Of a stretch of DNA of 64,000 nucleotides, positions 7,271-16,825 are shown piece after piece (position 1 is the first letter of the stretch; every line of letters starts with the position of its first letter). A program made the position numbers and the translations under genes. The notes below the pieces were generated by a model, which saw only the letters and a list, made by a program, of their open reading frames with translations, was not told the DNA's origin and searched no databases. Source of the stretch: a virus (taxonomy: Duplodnaviria; Caudoviricetes); the IMG/VR virus record IMGVR_UViG_3300008267_000039, positions 61-64,060 of that record; one strand, written 5' to 3'.

Positions 7271-7633
7271 AGAAGCTCCTAATAGGTAAAGTGCTAATAG
7301 GGAGAATTTTGCAATAGGAGCGAGTATGAAAATTTGGATAATAGGCGTATAAAAAAAATAGGGGTGGGGGTGTATGCCGTTTGGACTTTTTTATTATTTT
7401 CTCCACAAATTGGCCCATTGGCAAAATTCTGGTGGTTTCCACAAAAAAACTACACTATTCTAAAATTCTATACATCCCAAGTGTAGAGTTCCCAATTCAT
7501 GTAGTTTCCCCATGGGGGTGGGGGGTTGTTTTAAAACTCCAAATTTTATAAAAATTTTTTTTTATAATTTTTTCATGGATTTCCCTTATAGGAATTTTGA
7601 CATTTTAAAAAAACAATATATAATTAAAAACAA

Positions 7634-8341
7634 ATGAAAAGATTTAGTGAATATCTAAAAGAAGAATTATATGGTTGTTTTTTATTGGAGGGATTGTCGG
7701 CATCCTATGATGTTTCTAGACTTGTGGAGGAACTTAAAAAAACAATTGGAAATATTATAAAGGATATATCGTATACGGAATTACCACAAGAATTAAAAGA
7801 AACAAAATATGGTAATGTATTCACAATTGATATTAAATTAATTTCTCCCTTAAGTATAATGGAAAAAGAAAAGGTTTCCAAGGTATTGGATTTTTTTGGT
7901 TATACAGAATCCATGATGTTTCTAAATCCTTTATCCCTCCAAATTGAACCGAGATATCCTGTTAAAATGAATGGTTTCTTGGAGAAAATGAGTGATTTGG
8001 AATTGTTTCATATTACAGAGAAGAAAAATTTTGATAAAATTAACAGAATAGGACTTGTAACTAAGAAACCAAAAACATCTTTCTATCATCCCTCCAATAG
8101 AATATATTTTCTAACTATATTGAATAATAGTCAAAAAAATAGTGTTTTAAATTCTTGGAGAAATGTTTTATCCAGAGACAAAGGATTGAAACCAAAAGAC
8201 ATGATTGTATTAAAAACTGTTTATAATCCCGACCATGATTATTATTTTGATGATACCTCCAGTATTTTAAATCTTGGAGTTGTTGGTATTTTTTCCTTGA
8301 ACAACGTTTTTCCAAAGGATTTGATTATAGAAGATATGTGA
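7634..8341 (+). CDS. Putative head-packaged protein with C-terminal ART/KptA-like fold
   Basis: MKRFSEYLKEE N-terminus; LFHIT...I...GL...RIYF motif. Confidence 0.55.
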   Translation: MKRFSEYLKEELYGCFLLEGLSASYDVSRLVEELKKTIGNIIKDISYTELPQELKETKYGNVFTIDIKLISPLSIMEKEKVSKVLDFFGYTESMMFLNPLSLQIEPRYPVKMNGFLEKMSDLELFHITEKKNFDKINRIGLVTKKPKTSFYHPSNRIYFLTILNNSQKNSVLNSWRNVLSRDKGLKPKDMIVLKTVYNPDHDYYFDDTSSILNLGVVGIFSLNNVFPKDLIIEDM

Positions 8342-8379
8342 TATAAACTACCCATATATTGTGAATAATAAATATCTCC

Positions 8380-8715
8380 ATGCTCTCAAAGATTAAGGAC
8401 ATTATTCAAGGTAAGGCTTCTCTTTCCTCTCCTTCCAGATCTTCCAAATGGCCAAAGGTTAGAAAAAAACATCTGGAAAAAAATCCATGTTGTGCATTAT
8501 GTGGAGCTACAAGCAAATTAAACGTCCACCACATAAAACCTTATCATTTGTTTCCTGAACTTGAACTAGAAGAGAGTAACCTAATTACCTTATGTGAGAA
8601 CAAAAAGAAGGGAATCAACTGCCATTTGTTTATTGGGCATCTTGGGAATTACAAGAATATAAACCCATGCTCCGTGCAAGATGCGGTCACATGGAATTGT
8701 AAACTTAAAAGTTAA
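8380..8715 (+). CDS. Small HNH endonuclease
   Basis: CALCG...VHHIKP...NLITLCE...CH; TAAATA at 8369-8374. Confidence 0.85.
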   Translation: MLSKIKDIIQGKASLSSPSRSSKWPKVRKKHLEKNPCCALCGATSKLNVHHIKPYHLFPELELEESNLITLCENKKKGINCHLFIGHLGNYKNINPCSVQDAVTWNCKLKS

Positions 8716-9115
8716 GTTTTCTAGATATTATTCCCTTGCTTGTTATTCTTACTGGTTCGTCCAATTTTACCACATCATATAATGGGTATCCATACTTGAC
8801 CCCATCCTTTGGAATATCAAATTTACTTCCTTGTTGTACAAGATGTTTATCTTCATCTTTTCTGAATTCCTTTTCGTTTTCGTATAATTTCGGTTCCCCT
8901 ACTGTACAGAAGCCAACAAGATATGCATTTCCTTTCCCTGTTCTTATTATTCCAACCCTTTCACCTACATATGCTTTTAAACTATTTTTGTTTCTGGTCT
9001 CAATTGTTTTCTCTCCCCTTAATATCTGACCAGTGAAATCTTGGATTTTATCATTGATGTTTATACCCATCTTTGCTTCCATGGATTCTAAAATATATTC
9101 CTTGAACGTAACCAT
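8705..9115 (-). CDS. ASCH/PUA-like domain protein
   Basis: ILRGEKTIETR (GxKxxExR); MVTFKEYILE N-terminus; TATAAATA at 9126-9133. Confidence 0.75.
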   Translation of the reverse strand: MVTFKEYILESMEAKMGININDKIQDFTGQILRGEKTIETRNKNSLKAYVGERVGIIRTGKGNAYLVGFCTVGEPKLYENEKEFRKDEDKHLVQQGSKFDIPKDGVKYGYPLYDVVKLDEPVRITSKGIISRKLNF

Positions 9116-9173
9116 TACAATAAATTATTTATAGAGTTTTGTGATAAACTGTCGGAATATGACATTTTGAAAC

Positions 9174-9210
9174 AAAAAAAGCTCCCAAAGACTAGCTAAG
9201 GGAGCTTTAT
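9174..9210. terminator. Terminator
   Basis: AAAGCTCCC / GGGAGCTTT stem with an A-tract (U-tract on the minus strand). Confidence 0.65.
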
Positions 9211-9220
9211 TAAGAGAAGA

Positions 9221-9475
9221 TTAAACTTCTTCAGAAGCCACTGGAAGAAGAGCATGGAACTCTTCTTCAGAGATTTCTAATGCACCAGCTTTGATGAACT
9301 CTTCTGCAATCGCTGGCATTGCAGCAATCAAGAGATTACCTTGTTCATCCATTGGAGCATCGCTTGCAGGAGCAAACCATGTCTGAGCTTCGTTGGAAGG
9401 ATAACCTGAAGCTTTGTCCATATTGTCTCTGATGGTTTCGTATGTTACTGAATTAGTTTTGAAGTATTTGTTCAT
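9221..9475 (-). CDS. Small acidic hypothetical protein
   Basis: 84-aa ORF downstream of the lectin-like gene. Confidence 0.65.
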   Translation of the reverse strand: MNKYFKTNSVTYETIRDNMDKASGYPSNEAQTWFAPASDAPMDEQGNLLIAAMPAIAEEFIKAGALEISEEEFHALLPVASEEV

Positions 9476-9492
9476 AAGATTTTATTAATAGA

Positions 9493-10368
9493 TTAGATTG
9501 CCCATTTAGCAGAAAGATAATTCCATACATTCGTTCTTTGTTCAGCATTTAAAACGCTATTGTAAATTAAGAACTCACATACTCTGTTTTGAGGACCAAA
9601 TGGTGACCAAGAAGCTGAGTTTAAGTAAATAACATCACTAGATGTATATCCAATTGCTGAAGGACTAGTATTCATTGTAGTAGAGGTGCTTGCACCATAG
9701 GTAAGATTTAAAGCGACTTCTGCAGAATTTGCGTATAATTTAGTACCTGTATTTGAAAAGCTTGTTGTTATAATCTGAGCAGTGTTTGCTGCTCTTCTGT
9801 AAGTGCTTGAAGCTAAACGCCTCTGAACACCATTTGAGTTAATAAGTATTATATATTCTCCTGACATCAAACCGGTGGTGCCAAACAAACCCAACCCCCT
9901 ATACGCTCCTGCTCCAGAACCTGTATCATTTCCCCAAGCCCAACCAAACATACTGTTTGTGTCTGCTGCGGCAGCAGCAACTGGTTTAGCTACGTAAAAT
10001 ATAGTTGTGGCGCCTAAGGATTTAAAACCAGTAACGCTGCCGTTAATACCATCGTTTACTCCGTCAAAATATATTACGTTTTTACCATTTTGGTTTGAGG
10101 TATTGAGAACGGGACGAGCATTAGCTGTAGACTGAGTGAAATGTCTATTATTTCCAGACTTATCAGCCCATCGAGCCACTGCAGAATTATTTGCAGTTAC
10201 TAAGTTGCCACCAACAGTTGCATCATAGAGAGTTGATGTATCCGCAGCATCCAACCAGAGTTGAAGACCAGAGATATCTATAGGAGCAAAAGCAGGAGCC
10301 TGTTGAGCCGTTTCAAAGATCGTTTTCCCTTGTATTTTTGTGTTACCTTGTAGTTTAATTAGTGCCAT
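9493..10368 (-). CDS. LamG/concanavalin-like virion decoration or fiber protein
   Basis: GLQLWLDAAD...WADKSGNNRH...FDG...EFLIYN...YLSAKW. Confidence 0.75.
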   Translation of the reverse strand: MALIKLQGNTKIQGKTIFETAQQAPAFAPIDISGLQLWLDAADTSTLYDATVGGNLVTANNSAVARWADKSGNNRHFTQSTANARPVLNTSNQNGKNVIYFDGVNDGINGSVTGFKSLGATTIFYVAKPVAAAAADTNSMFGWAWGNDTGSGAGAYRGLGLFGTTGLMSGEYIILINSNGVQRRLASSTYRRAANTAQIITTSFSNTGTKLYANSAEVALNLTYGASTSTTMNTSPSAIGYTSSDVIYLNSASWSPFGPQNRVCEFLIYNSVLNAEQRTNVWNYLSAKWAI

Positions 10369-10478
10369 AGTATATATTATTTATCAAAAAAAAAACGATT
10401 TTGTTCATATTTGAAACGAAAAAATTTCAGGGACATTTCAATTCGGAGCTACAGGCGTTTTTCTTTCTAAATATTAAT

Positions 10479-10712
10479 ATGCCAAAGGTTCCTGTTGATT
10501 TTCTAATTGGATTTTTGCTGGGCTGTGTTTTTAGTATTGGATATTATGATGGAATTGTTTCCAGAGAATACAAGGAGAAGATCCAAAGGGCATCGGATGG
10601 TTTAAAACGTGCAGGGCAGGTGATTGATTCCAAGGAAGCGGAAAAACAAATCCTTCTTCGTTATATAGAGGAGATGAGAGCCTATGATGCCAAGGTTTTC
10701 AAGAACATTTGA
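10479..10712 (+). CDS. Small protein with N-terminal membrane helix and coiled coil
   Basis: MPKVPVDFLIGFLLGCVFSIG; CTAAATA just upstream of this ATG. Confidence 0.5.
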   Translation: MPKVPVDFLIGFLLGCVFSIGYYDGIVSREYKEKIQRASDGLKRAGQVIDSKEAEKQILLRYIEEMRAYDAKVFKNI

Positions 10713-11190
10713 TTAGTTTCTTCAAATCGATTAAATCCTTTATCTTCATATTATAGGAATCTTCCTTGAATTCCATCCAGTTGCTCTTATCCACTTCTCC
10801 CTTTTTGTAGAGCCTTGCATTCTTGAAGAAATTCTCTTTGGATATAATCCCACATATCCAGCCTGTTTTGAAATCATCCATGATTCTTGTAAACACATAG
10901 TAGTCGCATTTTTGCTTTGTATTATATGCAGGAACACTACAGTCGTATTCCGGTTTTGGTATTGATGTGCATTTCTTACTCTTTACATCAATCTTGAAAT
11001 CACATTTCGTGATGTCAAAATCGTAAGTATTTTCTATCTTGGCTTTTAAAAAATCCGCCACCATGAACTCTCCAACAAAGCCTGTTAAGTTTCCATTTCC
11101 CTTTAAAATAGAATGTCTAAGGTGGCCCATTTCTTCGGCTTTCTTTTTTGCCTCTTCCACCCATTCTTCTTTGATTTCCACTTGAATCAT
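10699..11190 (-). CDS. PD-(D/E)XK-like nuclease-fold protein
   Basis: GFVGE...YDFDI...IDVKSK; TTGACA-N17-TATCAT promoter upstream. Confidence 0.6.
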   Translation of the reverse strand: MIQVEIKEEWVEEAKKKAEEMGHLRHSILKGNGNLTGFVGEFMVADFLKAKIENTYDFDITKCDFKIDVKSKKCTSIPKPEYDCSVPAYNTKQKCDYYVFTRIMDDFKTGWICGIISKENFFKNARLYKKGEVDKSNWMEFKEDSYNMKIKDLIDLKKLIKCS

Positions 11191-11241
11191 TTTATAGTAT
11201 GATATAATGGTTTTGAAGATTTGTCAAACCTAAATAACACT

Positions 11242-11679
11242 ATGAACAAAAACAAAATGACACTGAGAGAAGTTTACAAGACAGTGGGGAGAACTCTTCT
11301 GGAACAATCTGAGAACGATTTTATGGCAGAAGTCGATGTGGATGTATACATGGAAGGCGATAGAGGTTACGATGAACCCCTGCTTGATGTTGTAGATAGA
11401 AAACTAAGAGTCGTTTATAATATAGATGTGGAATACCGCTCGTATGGTATCAAGGAAATAAATGCCATAAATTTTAAAATACTCCCATTTGAATTGGAAG
11501 ATACGAATAGGGAAGAGTCTGAAGTTGTAATGACACAAAGGGAAGTCATTGATGCAAGTGGAATTAGAGTGGAACGTGATAGTGATTCCTCTTTCGGTTC
11601 ATTCTATCCAAAAAAGATTGAACTTCGCATCGACAGGGATGGAAATGTTCTTGTGGAAAGAAGCACGATTTATTTCTAA
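11242..11679 (+). CDS. Acidic hypothetical late protein
   Basis: TAAATA at 11231-11236, ATG 5 nt later. Confidence 0.7.
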   Translation: MNKNKMTLREVYKTVGRTLLEQSENDFMAEVDVDVYMEGDRGYDEPLLDVVDRKLRVVYNIDVEYRSYGIKEINAINFKILPFELEDTNREESEVVMTQREVIDASGIRVERDSDSSFGSFYPKKIELRIDRDGNVLVERSTIYF

Positions 11680-12152
11680 TGCGCGACAAAGATTCCATTA
11701 TTCTAGAAGGTCTTTATGAGGATGTTTCCTCTGAAGATAAATTCAAATACCCCTTAACTGTTTTTCACGGAACAGATAAAGAATCAGCCAAAGATATCTT
11801 GGAGAATGGTTTGAATATAAACAAATGCGAAAGAGGTTATTTTGGAAAGGCATTCTATGTCACAACCGATGAAGAACTTGCAAGAAGCAATTATGCAGAT
11901 TTCTCCGATGATGAAGATGGAGGCGTTGTTTTGAAGTTTGAACTAACTCCAATTTCAAGGGTCTTGGACTTAAGAGATTCGGAAGATTGGGATTATTATC
12001 AGAATTTAAAACATAAAGGAACGGAAATCGGACGTTATATGGGCTTTGATGAATTTCCAAATATTATGAAAGAAAAAGGAATTGATGCATTATATGATAG
12101 ATCCAACGATGCCTTTGCAGTTTATAACTTGGAAGCATTGAAACTTCACTAA
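11679..12152 (+). CDS. ADP-ribosyltransferase-fold protein
   Basis: VFHGT...GL...YFGKAFYVTT...ARSNYA; MRDKDSIILE N-terminus. Confidence 0.7.
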   Translation: MRDKDSIILEGLYEDVSSEDKFKYPLTVFHGTDKESAKDILENGLNINKCERGYFGKAFYVTTDEELARSNYADFSDDEDGGVVLKFELTPISRVLDLRDSEDWDYYQNLKHKGTEIGRYMGFDEFPNIMKEKGIDALYDRSNDAFAVYNLEALKLH

Positions 12153-12160
12153 ATAAATTC

Positions 12161-13273
12161 ATGATTACTTTTAAGAAATACGTTGAACAGCTTTGCGAAG
12201 CCATTGATCCTGAAATGGGAACAATGCGCCCAATTGATTCTCAAAAACTTGTAGACTATATTAACAGGGTTGTGGAAAAGAAAAGAGTTGGAAAGATCGA
12301 TCCGAAGACTCAAAAAGTAGACTATCTTCACATGCCACATATTCATCCTTCGATTGCCCAGAAGGTTCTGGTTTCCACTCCAGAAGGCGAAACAGTTGAT
12401 CTAGAAGAGTTCAAAAAGATTTTATCAAAACGTCCAAGTGAACTTCTCCGTAAGAATGAGAAGATGCAAAAGAGTGCCACGGAACAAACCGTGTTCTATA
12501 ATACAACTCTTCCTGCCTTGAAGGGTCTTGTTGTTGATGAAGATACTGGTGAATTTAAAATCGTGGATACCTGCCCATCGGCTGGTGCATGTCAACTCGT
12601 TTGCTATGCGAAGCACGGCTCTTATGTGATGTATCCCGATGTTTCCATGTTCCAACACAAAACTCTCAATTATCTTTTCAATGATCCAGAGGGTTTCAAG
12701 GATCAAATGGAAGCGGAAATTAAACTTGCTAGTGTAAAGAATAGGGGAAAGAAAGTCCAAATCCGTTGGAATGATTCGGGTGATCTGCTATCTCCAAAGT
12801 TTTTCAATATGGTAATGACAATCGCGGGAAATACTCCATTTGCAGACCATTACATTTATACAAAAGAAATTGCCCAAGCAAAGAACAATCCAAACATTCC
12901 AGATAATGTTATCTTTAATTTTTCTTATGGTGCAAGAAAAGAACAAGAGGCATTGATCGAACCAAAGAAAGATAAGGTTTCCTTTATTGTAAACATTCAA
13001 GATAATGTGAAAGAACCACTTCTTAATAATATTTCCAAGTTCAAGTACATTGATAGGGAGAATAAAAAATGGGTATATAAAAACCAAGATGCTGTAAAGG
13101 AAATCATTGCCCAAAGGTATGATGCTGATCCAAAATCGATTCTCACGATTGATGAATTGAAGGACACGCCAAAGGGTGAAGTGGGAGAATACAACGTCAT
13201 CGTAATGCCCGGCGAATCGGACCTGTCCGCCTCTCGCCGTGATGTAAGAGCAACTTATCTGATTATCCACTAA
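12161..13273 (+). CDS. Gp88-like (radical-SAM-related) protein
   Basis: TCPSAGACQLVCYA, IRWNDSGD and YIYTK motifs; TAAATA at 12150-12155. Confidence 0.75.
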   Translation: MITFKKYVEQLCEAIDPEMGTMRPIDSQKLVDYINRVVEKKRVGKIDPKTQKVDYLHMPHIHPSIAQKVLVSTPEGETVDLEEFKKILSKRPSELLRKNEKMQKSATEQTVFYNTTLPALKGLVVDEDTGEFKIVDTCPSAGACQLVCYAKHGSYVMYPDVSMFQHKTLNYLFNDPEGFKDQMEAEIKLASVKNRGKKVQIRWNDSGDLLSPKFFNMVMTIAGNTPFADHYIYTKEIAQAKNNPNIPDNVIFNFSYGARKEQEALIEPKKDKVSFIVNIQDNVKEPLLNNISKFKYIDRENKKWVYKNQDAVKEIIAQRYDADPKSILTIDELKDTPKGEVGEYNVIVMPGESDLSASRRDVRATYLIIH

Positions 13274-13507
13274 ATGCTTTCTTTCAAAGAATATATTCTT
13301 CTAGAGCAACTTTCAAAAGGAAAAACCTTGGAAGATATTGCAACATCGCACAATGTTGATGTGGAAGAATTGAAGAAAGAACTCTTGATGGGAATTGAAG
13401 TGGAGAAAGAACACACTCCTTCAGAAAAAATAGCATCTCAAATTGCCATGGATCACTTAACAGAAGATCCCGAATATTACAGCAAGTTGAAGCAAATTAG
13501 ATTGTAA
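13274..13507 (+). CDS. DUF5661-like protein
   Basis: GIEVEKEHT...IAMDHLTEDPEYYSKL. Confidence 0.75.
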   Translation: MLSFKEYILLEQLSKGKTLEDIATSHNVDVEELKKELLMGIEVEKEHTPSEKIASQIAMDHLTEDPEYYSKLKQIRL

Positions 13508-13543
13508 AAAACCCCTTGGAAGTTTTAATTCCCAAGGGGTTTA
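13506..13543. terminator. Bidirectional terminator between convergent genes
   Basis: AAACCCCTTGG / CCAAGGGGTTT; same stem as at 61709-61739. Confidence 0.75.
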
Positions 13544-13557
13544 ATTGTTTCAAGTTA

Positions 13558-13767
13558 TTATTCCTTTTCGGAAACAAACTTGTATAGTTCTTCGGCTCTT
13601 GCGATGATGTCGCTTGTCTTCGGTGTCAATGCATCAATTGCACTGGCATCATCCAACATTCCGTGACTATTGCGAACAGTATCCAACTTGTGGTGATACT
13701 TGTCATATTCGTCACTATGCGCCATTTGAAGAACTTCCAAACGGATTTCGTATGCGTTTTTGGTCAT
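13558..13767 (-). CDS. Conserved T4-like phage small protein
   Basis: NAYEIRLEVLQMA...IIARAEELYKFV; strong AAAGGAGG Shine-Dalgarno. Confidence 0.75.
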   Translation of the reverse strand: MTKNAYEIRLEVLQMAHSDEYDKYHHKLDTVRNSHGMLDDASAIDALTPKTSDIIARAEELYKFVSEKE

Positions 13768-13818
13768 GTGTGTGTGTCCTCCTTTCTTAAGAAGAAGTTA
13801 ACACGCTCTCTGAAAAAG

Positions 13819-13902
13819 TCAAATAGTCCAGAAATAATTCTTTGCAATTTCCCCAATACCCCAACCAATTGCATAGAACATAATAGCGTCAATAATCATC
13901 AT
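13819..13902 (-). CDS. 27-aa hydrophobic peptide after the holin
   Basis: MMIIDAIMFYAIGWGIGEIAKNYFWTI; starts immediately after the holin stop. Confidence 0.35.
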   Translation of the reverse strand: MMIIDAIMFYAIGWGIGEIAKNYFWTI

Positions 13903-13903
13903 A

Positions 13904-14539
13904 TTATGCCTCCAAGTATCCCGCAAGGTTTGATGCTGCAATAACAAGATTGTCGATATCTTCTTCTGTTATAACAAGATCGTTAATTACACCATCCAAG
14001 CAAAGAAATCCCACAAAGTTACCCTCAATATCCTTAATAGAAACACAGATAAAGCTGGAAACTCCCCTATCACCCCAAAAGTTTTGCATTGCAAATGACA
14101 TTGGATCATCGGTCTTATTGACATTTTGAGTATAATAATGTCCAATTTCCATGAGCTTTTTAAAGAAAAGAGCAAATATAGAGGTTGGAATGTTTTGAGT
14201 ATTGACTGATTCTGTTGCGACACCTTGGGTCACTACTTCATATGTTGTGGAAAATCTTTGGAAACTTTTACCGGAATATGTTTTACCTCCGTTGTGGAAT
14301 TCACCAATCCATACACGGTCACAATGATACTTCGACATTATGTTTTTTAATTTAGAAGTAATCTGTTCATCTGTATGAATGGCCTCATTTTGATTTAAAG
14401 AATGCTTTACTTTTTTTGAATCATTTCTTTTTTTCAAATAATATTGCATTAACTGTAATGTTATGGGTGATACCACGCCTGTTATGAGTGCCACTATGAT
14501 AAGAGTCAAGTGGTATGTGTCGAAACTTATAAAATTCAT
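13904..14539 (-). CDS. Holin T-like protein (single membrane helix plus GAF-like domain)
   Basis: N-terminal hydrophobic helix; DRVWIGEFHNG...FVGFLCLD GAF-like domain, the architecture of T4 holin T. Confidence 0.55.
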   Translation of the reverse strand: MNFISFDTYHLTLIIVALITGVVSPITLQLMQYYLKKRNDSKKVKHSLNQNEAIHTDEQITSKLKNIMSKYHCDRVWIGEFHNGGKTYSGKSFQRFSTTYEVVTQGVATESVNTQNIPTSIFALFFKKLMEIGHYYTQNVNKTDDPMSFAMQNFWGDRGVSSFICVSIKDIEGNFVGFLCLDGVINDLVITEEDIDNLVIAASNLAGYLEA

Positions 14540-14599
14540 GATCTGCGTTGTCCAAGTATTTATCGTGAGTCGCTTGACTTTTTTTAACTAAATATTACT

Positions 14600-14956
14600 A
14601 TGGGGATGGTGAAAAATATGAATCCAAAAGATATGAATCGGAATAAACTTCGATACATTTTTCGCAGGGTTCTCCAGAGAATAAAAGAGAAGCCAGAGGG
14701 GTTCTTTAAATTTCGTAAGATGAGAGGAATCAGAGGTTTATGGTGTGGGGGAGATATGATCGAAATAGACCACAGAAAGGAAATTGTTCCGACTATAATC
14801 CATGAAGTCTTGCACGATTTATATGAAACAAAAACAGAAAAATGGGTATACCATGTGGAGTCTAAGATCTCCCAAATTCTAAGACCATTTGATGTTTATA
14901 GACTTATGAATTCTTTCTTTTCCAAAATGGAAATTCCAAAAAGAAAGAAAAAATAA
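14600..14956 (+). CDS. Zincin-like HExxH protein
   Basis: TIIHEVLH. Confidence 0.6.
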   Translation: MGMVKNMNPKDMNRNKLRYIFRRVLQRIKEKPEGFFKFRKMRGIRGLWCGGDMIEIDHRKEIVPTIIHEVLHDLYETKTEKWVYHVESKISQILRPFDVYRLMNSFFSKMEIPKRKKK

Positions 14957-16093
14957 TTAATTTATAGATCCCGACCAGAATGCTTTTTCATTCTGCATTG
15001 TATATAATGTTTTATTTGGGACTTTGATTTGGGTGATTGTGTTGCTTTGAGTTTCTATTTTTTCAATTTGAAGGAATCTTTTGTCCAAGTGGATGTTTTT
15101 TGTTGTGGCGATTGAGAGGAAATAGAGAGGTGCGCAGTTTTCAGCTTTTATAACCCTACCCTTTATTAAAAAATCTTTTTTAGGGATATGCATGTGCATA
15201 TTTCCGCAACCGCCTGATTTTAATAATACTTCGTTGAAATCTAACATCAATTGTTTGGACGTGGAGAAAATATCACGTTTACAATATGTTCCACAGTTTT
15301 GAGTGATTTTGCTAAATCTACCATCACCTAAATTATACCAATACACCATTTCATTTAAAAGATTAGAAGAAAGGTTTTTAAATTCTTTTGGAATTCTTTT
15401 ATTATAACAAATTGTTCCAAAATTTTCTCTCAATAATTTACATAATCTAAAATCTTTTAAATAAAAGGTCGTTTTATCCATATCTTCACTTCTTTCTCTC
15501 CATTTCATTTCTTTTGGAAATCTCAAAAGCATTTCTCTTATTTGATTTTTCACATCCTCTTTCTTTTGACATATAAAAACACCAGAATCATTTCCTTTAT
15601 CTGTCCACCCTTCCGCAAGCCATATTCCCAAAAATTGTGCAAATGTTTTATAGTCAATATCTGTATCAATTTCCGGATCAATTAAATAATTTCCCTTTTT
15701 GGGAACATTTTTAAGTCCTTTTAATGTATAAAATTCTGGACTTTTTACATTCCATAAACCGGATTTAGGAATATGGGAATGACTGTATTTTGTTCTATCG
15801 TTATAAATCTCTTCTATTGTTAGAAAATCTTGTTTATCATATCTATGTAAAACTAAAAATTTCTGATCAGGATTAAGAATAGTATTTATATTTCTACCTT
15901 TTATGCGAAAAACATATCCATTATGTGTTATTTCTTGCTTTTCTTGGACTTGTTGAATTTCTATTTCTTTGGTATTTGGATTTAATGTATAAACATTTTC
16001 ACCTTTTTGAATATCTCTAGCATCTTTCCAACCTTCTTCGGAAAGAATTAAGGGAAAAATTGAAAATGATTCTATAGTTGGGTAATGCAGCAT
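14957..16093 (-). CDS. Free-standing intein-derived LAGLIDADG endonuclease with degenerate Hint domain
   Basis: Intein-like ILSEEGWK...VYTLNP and VPNKTLY...KAFWSG ends; FLGIWLAEGW and YNLGDGR motifs; TAAATA at 16100-16105. Confidence 0.75.
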   Translation of the reverse strand: MLHYPTIESFSIFPLILSEEGWKDARDIQKGENVYTLNPNTKEIEIQQVQEKQEITHNGYVFRIKGRNINTILNPDQKFLVLHRYDKQDFLTIEEIYNDRTKYSHSHIPKSGLWNVKSPEFYTLKGLKNVPKKGNYLIDPEIDTDIDYKTFAQFLGIWLAEGWTDKGNDSGVFICQKKEDVKNQIREMLLRFPKEMKWRERSEDMDKTTFYLKDFRLCKLLRENFGTICYNKRIPKEFKNLSSNLLNEMVYWYNLGDGRFSKITQNCGTYCKRDIFSTSKQLMLDFNEVLLKSGGCGNMHMHIPKKDFLIKGRVIKAENCAPLYFLSIATTKNIHLDKRFLQIEKIETQSNTITQIKVPNKTLYTMQNEKAFWSGSIN

Positions 16094-16127
16094 GTAATTT
16101 ATTTAGTTCTCGGGTGAACTAAGTCAA

Positions 16128-16802
16128 TTACATTACCTTCGAAATTTTTTGAAAGAATTCCATGATTTGGTCTTTCAAATAATCTTCCACATTTTTTCTT
16201 GGGAGTTTGGAGATGCGATCTTGAAATGAATCATAGGATTCTTCGAATGATCCATCTTCTGCAAGAACAAATTCACGTGATTCTAAAATACCATTAACAA
16301 ATGCTTTAGGGCATGATGGATCAGCAACACAATCCACGCCGATCAATCTAAAATCGCTTACACGGTTTGTTCCATTGTAGTTTTCTGTGAGTTTTCCAAG
16401 AGCTTTTGTGGACATGCCAATACGAACACCGTCATCGATCAATGCTTGGACGATCATTCCACATGGTGTTGAAAGAATTTTAGATCTTCCAATATATGTG
16501 TTGCCTTCATTTTTTAATTCTGTAACCAAATGACAAGCTCTGTCTAAATTAATCTCCGGTGCAGAATTATGGTTCAATTCTCCGAGTGATCTCTTTGCAT
16601 TAATCATCTCATTAGTATAACGCTGAACTTCTCTGCGCATTTCTTCACGATCATAAATACGTTTGTTCTTGTTGACCTCTTCACACATCATATAAGGTCC
16701 AGCTACATAATAAGAAGGCTTGGCCCTGTTGTTTGCTTCTTCTTTAATGATTTCGAATTCCTCGTTATCAGCGTATTGATCAACTAATAGTTTAAATGCC
16801 AT
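16128..16802 (-). CDS. gp21: Prohead core protease
   Basis: NKNKRIY, LGELNH, ILSTPCG, GMSTKALG and DCVADPS motifs. Confidence 0.92.
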   Translation of the reverse strand: MAFKLLVDQYADNEEFEIIKEEANNRAKPSYYVAGPYMMCEEVNKNKRIYDREEMRREVQRYTNEMINAKRSLGELNHNSAPEINLDRACHLVTELKNEGNTYIGRSKILSTPCGMIVQALIDDGVRIGMSTKALGKLTENYNGTNRVSDFRLIGVDCVADPSCPKAFVNGILESREFVLAEDGSFEESYDSFQDRISKLPRKNVEDYLKDQIMEFFQKISKVM

Positions 16803-16825
16803 ATGTTTTATTTATTTATAGTGAT

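Noticed and set aside
7122-7442. 106-aa minus-strand ORF in the junction
   Set aside because: No promoter or motif, and atypical composition; it overlies DNA repeats and is probably spurious.
10479-10712. i-spanin
   Set aside because: Membrane helix plus coiled coil fits, but no overlapping or adjacent lipoprotein (o-spanin) was found.
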